From Botryllus schlosseri (lineage: Eukaryota): a DNA stretch of 64,000 nt. This document shows, piece by piece, positions 24,824 to 36,690 of this stretch. The first letter of the stretch is position 1. The number at the start of each line of letters is the position of its first letter. Location of the stretch: positions 34,474,001-34,538,000 of the forward strand of contig CM119371.1 of the NCBI GenBank assembly GCA_051294905.1, given 5' to 3'. Both the position numbers and the translations under genes were made by a program. Below the pieces are notes generated by a model, which searched no databases, was not told the DNA's origin, and saw only the letters and a list, made by a program, of their open reading frames with translations.

Positions 24824-26121
24824 TCTTTTTCGCCTGTACCATCGAGATGTGAGGTCATCTATCAATCAATCAATCATCTAGTCTGCGCCCCCGTTTATTT
24901 CTTCTCCTCCATGCTATCCGTGATTGCTGAGCGACCAGTCCAGAAGAAAGGCCGGTGAAAGAATGCACTCACTAATAATGGAAAGAGCAAGAAAGAGCAG
25001 CTGAATGTAGACTAACATCATAAAAGGAACTGTGACATCGGGCACTATAGGCCGAGGTGGATGCCAGTTGAAGAGACCGCAACTGGTCGTTCGGCATCCT
25101 CCTATCTGTTCATTACATCGCATCGTGTCTTATCGCATTGTACATTGTGTGTGTCTTGTTCAGATAAAAATATAATCTGACGAATATTGATATTGAAGTC
25201 ATTTTTAAAATTGCCTCGCGGGCCACTCAAACCCTCTCGTCACCCCTGGCCCTGAGCTGAAATAGTGTTGTCGCGGTCTCATATCTAGAAACGTATTGCC
25301 AATCGGTTTAGTACCCACATAATGGCACATTTATATCAAAATTTGTTCCGAAGCACAGGAACAAATTTATTCTCAAACCGGTGCATCTACGAAACGAACC
25401 TCTGGGGTGCAAGACTTTCAAAACATGGAAGTTTTCCACTTAGAAAATGTGTTTTTATTATCCAGAAGTATAACACAGAGGAAAGGGGGAACAGCCAGTG
25501 TTGCCAATTTAGCGATTTTGTCGCTAGATATAGCGATTTTTCATTCGGTTTAGCGACAAAAAATATCTATCTAGCGACTAGCGATAAATCTAGCGACTTT
25601 TGAAAAATATTTAGCGATATTCTCGCGATTTTTTTCAAAAATATCTGATATCAATCAGTTAGTTATGAGCAGCAAACATCATGCACGTTCAGCGTTCACC
25701 ATATCATATATGCGCGTTACAACCTCAGCACGCATCGCCGATCTGCATTCAGGTCGCGTTAGCGTGTATGGACACTGGACAGGGACGTCAACTAACTTTC
25801 CTGGTCATGGGAACGAAGTTGGCCATAACATTTCCAGCCATAAAATTCGCCGAACTTGTCAAGATCCTGACCAATTGACTCCCAATACATAACGAGTAAT
25901 CACAATCATTCTCACTCACTGAAATTTGCTATACAAGTTCCGAAATATGAATTAATTCTTTACGCCCACGTAGGGTTCTCCAATTCCCCATCCCTCTTAA
26001 ACTGAAATCGCGAGTCACAAGAAAACTGATGAAACTATTTTGCATCGGACTTTTGACACCTACACGAGTCTAGGGATTTCTAATTCTAGATATCCCTGAC
26101 GAGACGTAACAGTATCAGTAC

Positions 26122-27227
26122 TAGGGCTGGGCAAAATCGAGTACCTTGGTGATTCGATAATGAATCGAGTATTTTGCTTCGAGTCAAATGGCACTCATTA
26201 TGACGTAATAACATTATTGTCAAGGTTCAATTATGCAAATATACGTCTTTTCTGCCACCACAAACAATACAGTGCCCGTTATCTATCACATTAAAGATAC
26301 TTTGGTATTTTTCGACCATACCGATTTCATTGCAATTTGTGACAAAGTTGTTGACATGATCAGGACTTCGGAAATATGTTATTTCCAGTCGTAGCTTTGC
26401 ACTATATGTTTCGTATGCCGCGATACGGCCAATCAAGGTTTCAAGGCCTACACTATAGAATGTAAACATGGAATGGCAGCGACCGATTTTGCAGCTTCGT
26501 TCCGCTTCGCTGAAGCTTTACTCAGACTTATTTTACGGCAGCTACTGTAGGATTTCTGGCAATCCAAAAGTTGTCTTCCAGAGCTCAGAATTTACTGAAT
26601 CTGGCCTTGATCGAAAGCTACTATCGCACTGATTCCGAAAATGCAAATAAAAATATGATCAGGCACTGAACCGATTAGAATTCGCCCTTCAAGTCTGGAT
26701 TATCGGCATTGTCCGAACAATCGAAGAGCCGCAATGGGTCATTGTTATGGTCATTGTTTTGCGGTCATCCGATTGTTCTGAACAATGCAGATTTTAGGTG
26801 TTGAGGGTGGTTTTTCATCTCAGTACGGTGCTTCACCATATTTTGATTGATATTTTCGAAATCAGTGCGACAGTAGCTTTCGATCAAGACCAGATTCAGT
26901 AAATTCTGAGCTCTGGAAGACAACTTTTGGATTGCCAGAAATTCTACAGTAGCTGCCGTAAAATAAGTCTGAGTAAAGCTTCAGCGAAGCGGAACGAAGC
27001 TGCAAAATCGGTCGCTGCCATTCCACGTTTACATTCTATACCTACACCGTGGAAAATAAGTATCGAAACAACAATTCCCGTTGATAAATTAACTTTCAGT
27101 GGCGATGAGCACATAATTTCACTAGGCTTCTCGAAAAAATCGTCTTTCACTACTCCACTCGATTCACTAACATTAATACTCGATGTCGATTCAGATTCGA
27201 GTACTAGAATCATTGCGCCCAGTCCTA
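26122..27227. mobile_element. TAGGGCTGGGCA-family MITE (nested)
   Basis: Perfect TSD ATCAGTAC; interrupted by 26454-27040. Confidence 0.85.
26454..27040. mobile_element. Long-TIR element with TATAG...CTATA ends and 7-bp TSD
   Basis: About 190-bp near-perfect inverted arms beginning TATAGAATGTAAAC; flanked by CCTACAC direct repeats. Confidence 0.85.
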
Positions 27228-27340
27228 ATCAGTACTATAACACTATTCGTACCAATGCAATAAACCAATGATGATGATATCGAGATCCAACGAACGGATT
27301 TAAATCGCCCTCCCTCAAACTGCTTGAATACACTCTAACA

Positions 27341-28808
27341 CAGTGCTTTTCAACCTGTGTGACGGTTCGCACTTGTGCGAATGAAAAAAATTGCAGTGCG
27401 AATGACGAAGGTGGTGCGAACGGTGCGAATGAAAATCCCGAACGAGTGCGAATGACGATGGTGGTGCGAATGGTGCGAATGAAAATCCCAGTTGAGTGCG
27501 AATGAAAATCGTGAATAATAATTGTTAATTTTTCTGACGTGGAATAATTCAAATGAACCTAATAGGAAATTCAAGGGCAGTGTAACGTTGTAGTCAAGGG
27601 CAGTGTAACTTGTTTAACTTACCACCCACCACTAATCGTAGCTCCCACAAGCCGTAGTGAATTAATATTTTCGCACTATAATTATTACGTAACCAAAAGC
27701 CTGGTTTGGAAGCTTGTGTAGTGGCAGTCATACAGTATATCAGCCCGTCTGAGCCTGCGACAAGCTGGAAACATGACGTCAAATTGACTAACTGCCTTCT
27801 CTCGCTAAACAATCATCATATTTTCGTAATTATTAACTGTTCGATTAGCGCGAGGCACGAGGATAGTAGTAAATACCATCATTAACGCAAATTTTTACCC
27901 CTTCAAGGGTAATTAAAGTACGGACCGCAAAGAATATAATTTTGGGTCGACACTGTGCCTGAGCTATCTGTTAATATGTATGTAGTATTTGTTGAATTTA
28001 TTGCAAAAAATACTGCGATAGTTTTTACAAATCTTAGGCCACGGTGTTGGGTACTGTGGGCAGTAAGCGAGACACGCAGAAAATCTGGTTTTATCATAAG
28101 AATTCATGATAAGATTTGTCCGACTGGTAAACATGGTCGAAGACCGTTGGGATGAGCTAGTGTAGGGACTAGGGATATGCAACGAGCAAGTTCAGGTCTG
28201 TGATACTCATTCATTTCGAGGCCAACCCCTTCTGCGACGGGTCACATGACGACGTAAAGTTTTGGCCAACAAGCTGCTGATAAAATGCGGTGCCTAAACA
28301 TAAGCGTCGACAAAACCTAGGCTGAAAATGATCGATGCTGGATGGCCAAACCATTCAATATGGATATGCTCCGTTGTCGGCATAGAATAGTCCCGTTTTT
28401 GCAATCTGAGTTCACAGTAGTATAACTGCGAGCAGCAGAGGAATTTAATTCACCCTAATTTGAAATCGCGTGCATCAGACATATTTTGTAGACCAGTGTT
28501 GGATAGAATTGTGGTGTAATACTAAAAATGAATTCCTTTTCATGGGTGAGGCTCGGGTCGCGATATGCTACAAAAACTCAGATTTTGGTGGTAGTCTGAA
28601 AATCTGCTTCAACGTTTTTAAACTGTTATGAATTCTCAAGTTAAATTGAGCTAAAGAACTGAACACATAGTATCGTGAATTTATTTGAAAGACAGAAAAT
28701 GGGAAATCGGAAAAAAAGTTGGAGCAACGTTAGTTTGTCAGTTTGTGCGAATGAAATTTATTTTACAAATAAAGTGCGAATGAAGCTCTAAAAGGTTGAA
28801 AAGCACTG
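27341..28808. mobile_element. hAT-like element with GTGCGAATGA repeats (nested)
   Basis: TIR CAGTGCTTTTCAACC...GGTTGAAAAGCACTG; perfect TSD CTCTAACA. Confidence 0.9.
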
Positions 28809-29064
28809 CTCTAACACATAAAATAAATCAAAACAAACGATTACGTTGCGTACTTTCTACACCAAAATCAGGTGGATGATAGGGAAATAAAAAGATAATT
28901 GGATGGTCAGCCGCTACTATTATCGTCTAAAGTGCATGTTGCAGCTTATGATGGCTGACAAACCCGGTGTGGGTCATGTCGAGTTCAAGTACCCCCATCC
29001 AGTTACGGGAAGGCAAGAACGTTTCCGCAATTATCAGTCGGCCGATATTGCATCATTGATCATC

Positions 29065-30253
29065 CCCAGGTAACACGACTACTTGGGACCCACATGGTAA
29101 CCAGATGGATCTCCACGGGTCCCCATGTGGGACACCCAGCTGGGTTCCACGTGGATTTGGCGGCTATATGTGTTGGGATTTTATAGGGTCCCATGTGGGT
29201 AACCCACGAAGGTGATAGGGTACAGAATACTACGACCCCGGACCTTGTAGCAGCGCAGGCGTGCATGTCAGGGGTATGCAACACTGGTAACTTACCCGAC
29301 TTGAAAGGATGCGTTTTCACTTAACTCTACACTATAGATAACTTTATCATTGAACAATGTACAGTACATACCGAATACCCTAGTTCCTTAGATCAATATA
29401 TACGGAATACTCAGTATATAATAACCTTTACGGTGGGTGAGTGGTCCCGCCATCATTGTGCAAGTAAGTGGTTCTCAAACTGGGGGGGGGGGCTTGGGGG
29501 CATGTATGCATCTAGAGCGGGCGCGACAAGGCTGCGGTCAACTGAGTATTTTCTTCGCGCTCCGCGCGATTTACCTCCCATTCTTAGTTATTGCTTTGTG
29601 TATAGTCCGAATTTCATATTTGACAATTCTCTCATCAACAGCCATAAGCTCCCATGCCATCAAGCTATCCGTTGGGATTGCTAGCATTCTGGTTGCATTT
29701 TGCGATATGGCGATAAGGGGTGACGAAATTCCTCACTATCATAAAGGGGTCGTCTTAAAAAAGTTTGGGAACCACTGGTGTAAGTGAAAAGTGACAGTAC
29801 CTCGAATTCAATTCATATGGAGAAAGGAATAATAATAATTGTGGTGATAGAATTCAATCGGAAACCAGTTATAATGCAACTTAACTATACAGATAAACAA
29901 ACCTTGCTGTGGGAAAATATAAAATAAATACTGATGGGGACAAACTACTGGGTCCCATGTGGGAACCATAAGGAATATCGACACATCTTCATTGACGAAA
30001 ATCATTCGCTTAAATGATTTGAATACAGAAATTTAATGAGTAAAAGGCGTCCTGAGTTGAAAATAGTAGATACAAATGAGTGACAAAGGTAATGGGATCT
30101 AGACGGGAATAGTATGGTATAGCCCAGCAACTCCTTGACTTGGAAATCCCACTTGGAGTCCATGTGGGACCCATGTTATGAGACCCTTCAATTTGGCCAA
30201 CCCACCTATCCACCTAAATACCACATGGGCACCACGTGGTCGTGTTACCTGGG
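29065..30253. mobile_element. EnSpm/CACTA-like non-autonomous element with CCCA(C/T)ATGG repeats
   Basis: TIR CCCAGGTAACACGAC...GTCGTGTTACCTGGG with apparent 2-bp TSD TC; contains a Charlie-like MITE at 29466-29777 (TSD GTGCAAGT/GTGTAAGT). Confidence 0.75.
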
Positions 30254-30842
30254 TCATATCATCATGATATCATTAATCGTGTTTCGCGTATTCACGTCCG
30301 CACATGTATATCCACGATGCTTTTCACTTCAAAATCCCTTCAGCGGCAGTTTGTGTCACGCCTATATAGTGAATGATGACTGCAAACCTGGTCAATGGTC
30401 ACGCAGAGCAATATGGTTTGTTGAAATGTACCGCACATTTCGTCCTGTTTTGAGATGACTGACATGACTCTTGGGTATTATGAACTAGAAATATGCTAAG
30501 AGGCGTTTGAAACAGACGATTAAAATACAGCCAACAAAAATATATGGAATATATGGATATTCTGGTTAAATTCAACAACCTCAGGAATTAAAATCAAATT
30601 GAGCGACTTTTTCTAGCGATTTTGTTTCAAGATTTAGCGACATCTAGCGATTTTCGACGCCAGTTTTAGCGACTTTTGTCCAGCCGGAGTTGGCAACACT
30701 CGGAACAGCAGCTCAGTGGTTAGAACGCGAACAGAGAACAACTGTGTCATTCATTGCTGTTTGCCGTATATGCCAGACATGATAGTTTGACAGTCGTCGT
30801 CAGCATTTAGCATATAACAAAAAGCCGTGTGTCAACTCGCTT

Positions 30843-31757
30843 ATGGTCATGAAGGACGAAACAGTACCGAGAGCGACTACTTCGCTACAGCAACCCGACG
30901 ACCTCGACGCCTTGATTGACATGGCGATGAAACTTGCCATGAATAGTGAGCAAGACGCGGGAGAGCCAAGCGTAGTTTATGCAGAAGAAATAACTAATAA
31001 TGATGATGTTTCTGAAACGATACGGTCGACCCAGGCTTACGAAGGCGGAGATCGATGTAGGCCCAATGATGCTGTCCCGCCGTTGATGGCGGCTGCATGT
31101 GGCTTTCCCCCAAGTTACGACCAACGTATGATTCATCAACAACAACATCATGGTGCGTTTTTTAGCGGATATCCCACCATATCTCCTGGATTACCTTGTG
31201 GAGCTCCAGATATAATGCCTTTTGCTCAAGAAAAATATCCTTCATATGCAAATAAACACGATGAACAGGTCGAAAAATCGAATGATACTTTATCTGCTTT
31301 TATTACTTATATGAAATATAACAATGATAGCGCCGTTATATCGGATGTATACAACATTGTGTCTTCTCTGCGAGATAATGGAATTTCGGTTCATGTTGAT
31401 TACAATGAAGAATCGATGCGGGGAGTTAACATGAACATGTGGTTGGATGATAACATTGAAAATAGCACGGTCGTGATAGTCTGTGTTGATCCCAAGTTTA
31501 AAACTGCCTTGAGATCCTCTGATCCTAATTCGGACGTGGATGAAAATTGTAACGCCGAGTGTCTTTATGTTATGGAAAACCTGCTGACCAAGCACCGCAA
31601 CGACGGGTGTCGCAACTACAATGTTCTTCCTGTGCTTATTGCGGGTTCGAAACATTCGCATTTGCCTACTTGGTTGCAGAATACGAATGTCTACCGATGG
31701 CCCAAAACGGAAGAAAATCTGATTCAGCGAATTTTAGGATTGAGAGCGACTAATTAA
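30843..31757 (+). CDS. TRAF3IP2: SEFIR-domain adaptor, Act1/CIKS (TRAF3IP2)-like, intronless, 304 aa
   Basis: C-terminal half follows the Act1 SEFIR pattern: AFITY, LRDNGISVHVD..EESMRGVNMNMWLD, VIVCVDPKFK, GCRNYNVLPVL, HLPTWLQNTNVYRWPK; low-complexity N-terminus; no TM segment or signal peptide evident. Confidence 0.88.
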   Translation: MVMKDETVPRATTSLQQPDDLDALIDMAMKLAMNSEQDAGEPSVVYAEEITNNDDVSETIRSTQAYEGGDRCRPNDAVPPLMAAACGFPPSYDQRMIHQQQHHGAFFSGYPTISPGLPCGAPDIMPFAQEKYPSYANKHDEQVEKSNDTLSAFITYMKYNNDSAVISDVYNIVSSLRDNGISVHVDYNEESMRGVNMNMWLDDNIENSTVVIVCVDPKFKTALRSSDPNSDVDENCNAECLYVMENLLTKHRNDGCRNYNVLPVLIAGSKHSHLPTWLQNTNVYRWPKTEENLIQRILGLRATN

Positions 31758-33394
31758 GTTTGGTATTCCTCTATCAGCGGTTGTAATTTGTTGAATGTTT
31801 TGTAACTTGACAGCCGTTCGTAGACTGCCCAGCCCAGGTCTTGCGGACTTTGTTACATTGAGCGACCACAATCACTTATTTGTTAGGTACGCTCCTTTTC
31901 GCTGTCTTACCTCAACCTTGTTCATTTCAAAGCGATAATGTGCTACGTAGGCAGACTTGGACAACTAAAATAATCTTTTTTGCCAAATGTTTTTCTCCAA
32001 TTCCAATCTAATTTTTGAAATATTTCTATGCTCTAATTTCGACTCCAATTTGATTTCTGGATTTTCCTAAAATTGATGCAGGAGTAGCCTACTTTACATT
32101 GTGAAATAACCCAAGCTTGCCGTACGCACATTCCTTTCTCTCATGCTTTTGAAAATGAGTTTATATGAGTTGATTAAATTTCCGAGATTTCGCAAATTCA
32201 GTAATTCTAATCCAGTTGGAGTTGAACCTGTGTAGCTATATTTCTAATACTATTCTAACTTGAAATTATTGAAAATTCTCTATCAGCCATCTCTGTGGCA
32301 TAAACAAGCACTTTATTTTGTCGCAATGTCATGAGAATACCCTTTACTGAGCAGTAGTCGCACAATGCTTGAATACTATAGGCTATGACTACTTTACCAT
32401 GTTTCTTTCATGAAAAATGAAATCGCATACAGGAGATCTTTTGGGGAATCCGTGTATCAGCCTTAATGAAATTGCTAAACATGTACGGAATAGAATAGGC
32501 TATGTAGGCCTATATGTTTTAATAGTTTTGTAAGGTGTATGCTTGGAATTTTATGGTTGCTAGACATGGCTTTATGTTTTTCTTCATCATGAACTGACTT
32601 GTTTTTATCATTCTGTGTATTATTCTACTGTGTTCTGTTCTCACTTCTTCAATGTGTTCTGTCTTCTATGTGAAAGCAAGGTTTGTGAGTGTGACTCCTG
32701 CTGCTGGATCTGCTGACTACACTTTATTGCAGGCATTTCCGTATGCTGTAATAGCTTGGAATTTGAGCCCATAAACCTCGCTATCAGTATCAAACTATTT
32801 TTAGAAGTATACAGCTGCGGTTATTTGCACCAACAGCTGTGATTTTATTGTCTTCCAATAATTCATACCTCGATACCTGGATTGGGCAAGGTCGATGGTG
32901 AAACCTATTCTTTTGGATAGAGTCTTCGCGTATCAATGCGAAAAAAAATTCATTCACATACCAATTAGGACCTATACCATGTCAAAGTTTATGGAATCGC
33001 CTTCTATTATTTGCATTCCTTAAAAGCAGTGTGTGCTAAATGCGAATTGTAGCAAGCTTTATCTTGTCTGTGTCAGCTACAAAGTTTCTTATTTCATGCT
33101 GAAAGAACATTTTACTCTTTAACCGATCACTACTGTAAAAAATGAACATTTAAATTCATTCCTCGCAACTTTTATAATGTTGACCACATCACATATGAGT
33201 AGGTGCTAATTCGATTTGGATTGTATTCACAAATCTCGATACATAGCAGCAAATTTTCTATGATCCGCTGTCATATTTTTAAGTTCTATGTGTATATCTT
33301 CAATGCATTCGTTCCTATTCGCAGAAGCTTGGAAAATAGTAGCTTTAAATGTAGCCGCCGTACTATCGCTGGTGATATCTTCCGCAAAAAAGCA

Positions 33395-34279
33395 ATGGCT
33401 AATTTAGCGACTTCGCTTTCCATCGTGAAAGAACTGCACCGTCTCGCTAGAATTCCCAGTAATCGACAGTACATGCTACGTAACGATGTCAACTCCTTGT
33501 TGATATTTGTGGACCCCGATGAACAGCACCCGTCTGTAATCGTAGAAGCGCTAAAAGCTTTGCGTTGTCTGGCGCAGGAAGCCGTCAGTAGCGAGAGTCT
33601 ATTGTCTCGCTTTCAAAATACGGTCGGACTTCAGACGCTGCTGCAGAAGATCTCACAGCGTGACGGATTCAACGAGGAATGTAAAAAGGCCGCGTCTGAG
33701 ATCTTGTTTTTGAGCAAATGTAACCCAGCTCCTCAGCATGTAACGAAAGAGCAGCAGAGCGCGGGGGTTATAACTCGTGCTGGGATGCGTGCGGCACGCA
33801 AAACCAATCCAAAGGAACCAGTTAAATTCCTAGGGGGGAATAAAAAAGCAAAAATAATACAGCTTCAAATCGAAGGTCTTGACAGTGAGGATAAGAAGCA
33901 GGAATGCATCAATGAACTTCTGAGAGTAACCGGTGTGATTTCGATCACTTTCAACATGGGCGTGCAAAGGTGTATGATACGCGCGCGCGCCGATATGCAC
34001 GCCGAAAGTTTGGTGCACGCTATTCACAACACGCGGAAAATGTCTGCGAAACAAGTGATTAAAAACGAATCCGGGGAAGAAGTGCTTGTTTCGTTTGACG
34101 ATAAGGAGTTTGCGGATGAGTTGCCGCCCTATTTGGACGAAGACGCGGGAGAATCGCCGAATAAAGAGGAGAATAAGCAAAGCGTTGCCAGACCTGGATA
34201 TACGGAAGCCGTCGGCAGTTTTGCGAAGTCGTGGTTTGGTAGCGTGGTTAACGCTGTAAATAAGAATTTATACTGGTGA
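33395..34279 (+). CDS. ARMC1: Armadillo repeat-containing protein 1, intronless CDS, 294 aa
   Basis: Matches ARMC1 end to end: SLSIVKELHRLA, ALKALRCLA, FLGGNKKAKIIQLQIEGLD, GVISITFNMGVQRC, KNESGEEVLVSF, LPPYL, terminal NLYW. True start taken as ATG 33395, not the GTG at 33203. Confidence 0.95.
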   Translation: MANLATSLSIVKELHRLARIPSNRQYMLRNDVNSLLIFVDPDEQHPSVIVEALKALRCLAQEAVSSESLLSRFQNTVGLQTLLQKISQRDGFNEECKKAASEILFLSKCNPAPQHVTKEQQSAGVITRAGMRAARKTNPKEPVKFLGGNKKAKIIQLQIEGLDSEDKKQECINELLRVTGVISITFNMGVQRCMIRARADMHAESLVHAIHNTRKMSAKQVIKNESGEEVLVSFDDKEFADELPPYLDEDAGESPNKEENKQSVARPGYTEAVGSFAKSWFGSVVNAVNKNLYW

Positions 34280-34299
34280 AAACACCGGAATATCATCTC

Positions 34300-35049
34300 T
34301 AGGGCTGGGCAACATCGAGTACCCGACTGATTCGATTCTGAGACGAGCATTCAACTTAAATTCGAGTGTTCCGAGTACCGAATGTTACTTCTTTATAACA
34401 GTAATAACGATTAGAAAGTTTGAATATGTACATTTTCGAGGCCATGGAGAAACAAAATACCAGTCATACATCATCAAAATTAATTTTGTCTTTCTTGCCC
34501 GTGACTGTCCTATTTCATTGTTGTGATCATTTCGTCGCAGTGGAAATAAGTAGGTTATGTCAATTTTGAATATTTTGAGGAAATTTGGTTTTTCCAAGTC
34601 TTCTTTCGGCCGTTACCTTGACTACGATTACCTTTGCAACAATGAGACAAACGTAACTATTCACAAAGATATAGCCGGAAAAAAAATGAAATGAATTTTT
34701 CAGAATTTGAGAAATGGACCTCAAAATTTGCAAGATAGACATAAGTCACTTTGATTTCACATCGACGGTATGCTGGATGCTCTGGGCACATGACTTCTCC
34801 ATCGCAATGTCGTTTACGTGAATATCCGTAGGCTTGCCAGATATGTTTGTGACAGCCAATTGAGAAGTATAGTTTTGAGGCTATCACGTTGAGAAGAGTG
34901 TAGAAACTATAATTATCGTTGATAAAGTCAAAGTGTGAAGAATTTCGGTACTCGAAAATATGTGCTCTTGCCTCTTGCTACTCAACTCAAATCATTACAA
35001 TCGATACTCGTCTCGGATTTGAGCACGCAAATCTCGGTGTCCAGCCCTA
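34300..35049. mobile_element. TAGGGCTGGGCA-family MITE just downstream of the ARMC1 stop
   Basis: TAGGGCTGGGCA...TGTCCAGCCCTA; TSD degenerate. Confidence 0.75.
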
Positions 35050-36690
35050 ATCTTCGCACCTCGATGAATACCATCATTTTCTCCTATTCGACCATAAAAA
35101 CTCGTGTTTGATGCTTTGTGAAAACTGGTAACGGCACGCCACGATGCCGTGATTCGTGAAGACTTTCTGTCGGAACGATTGTAAATTGGTGCTTGTGTGA
35201 TATGCATTGTACAAAGACATGTATATACGACATCGCATTTTATCTTTACCTCTGCACAGTGTATGTACAATGTCATGCGAAACTGATAGTGTTCTTAACA
35301 TGGCACACGGTGAAACATTTCCTTGATACGTAATTTGAAGGTTGAAGATTTGGATTTTCGGGATGCTGGTTCAGCGTCACTCTGAGGATTTTTACATTTC
35401 AACTCTTTTTCTGATAATCTGCATTTTCCGTGGTCGATTATGAATTTCCTTGAAATTCGGGATCGTATTGTTTGCGAAGTACTGCAATTTCTGGCTGAGA
35501 ACTTGTTTAAGATTGCACACAGCGGATGTAGAAGTTGGCATCCTAGAAATTATTGCTCCTTGATGGTCTGTGGATATGATAGCCTAGTCACCGTAGTGCA
35601 AAAATTGGGTTCACAACATGTTTTAAAAGCAAAAGAAGCCATTTTGGGGTGCATCAAAGTTACTACCGGATATTCTTGACGGCTTTAGCGTTGTAGATTC
35701 ACTTCCGAATTGCTGGCATTCATTAAGTTCAGGAAGCGCTGTCTTGGTTTCCGAAACAAAATTGAGATATTGATTTTGTCAGATTGTGTTTGGCGACTTG
35801 AAGCAGATGTGGGGACTTATGAATTATTACTTATGCTGGTGCAGTCTTGCCGTTCTGGTCTAATAAGCCACTACAGCCCAAAACTTGCAAACGTTGTCTA
35901 TGTGCGTAAAGAATGGTACTCGCCTACTCGGGATTGCTGGTAACAATTAACTGGTGTCTGCCTGTTGCATTTTATATTGTACCCGATATACCTAATGCAT
36001 GATCAACTGAATCTCAAGCTTGAAACAGTTTTGCGTTCATACGATAGTTACGCGAGTAAGCTGTATTTTTGTAATTAGTCTGACATGTGACACAAATGCC
36101 ACCGATCAATGATTTTAATAGTATTCCGAAGGATTATTTATAATCCTTTGAAACTACCTGTTACTGTAATATCTAAAAAAAGGACGATTATCTCTTCTGG
36201 ATTCAAGGACGGCACAAATTAGACCTATCCTATGTATCAATTCAAGCATAATATGTTGATAATACATCGTATTTCTGCTTAAAGTTGAGCCAATTAAGCT
36301 TCGCATGGTACCCTACTTTTTATATGCACGTTGAATTGCTGACTGACGGTTCCGGGGATGATACAATTTCGCCATTGATTTTACTACAGTTCTTGGAATA
36401 GCCAGTAATTTGGACGGCTGATAACTGCTGTAGCACGCCTTGAGTTATTCGCAATTGATGGCTATGTGTGAATATCATAACGGCAGCTGTCGATGTAACC
36501 GCGATATCCTTTTCCATTGCCACAGTGGATATTTCCTGATCGAATTTGCTTTATTTCGGTGTCTTTTTATCTTTTCATGACTGCGAATTGATTTTTTGTG
36601 TTCTAGATTTCTAAACCATTGGTGTTTTGAAACGGTGAACTGTGGTTGCTACTGAATTCGATCGGATAGTATCTCAGTCCGTGCTGCCAG

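Larger units (their letters stand above)
25496..30701. mobile_element. hAT-like element with TAGCGA subterminal repeats hosting several nested insertions
   Basis: CAGTGTTGCCAA...TTGGCAACACTC; perfect TSD GGAACAGC at 25488-25495 and 30702-30709. Confidence 0.88.

Noticed and set aside
30702..30730. tRNA-like A-box (AGCTCAGTGGTTAGAAC)
   Set aside because: No downstream B-box (GGTTCGA) or cloverleaf; not callable as a tRNA or SINE.
33203..33394. 64-aa N-terminal extension of ARMC1 in the ORF track
   Set aside because: Starts at GTG, has no similarity to ARMC1 that I recognise, and spans an acceptor-like site at 33324.
35290..35950. Possible coding remnant between ARMC1 and SUDS3
   Set aside because: Short open stretches with no recognisable motif, start or splice structure.
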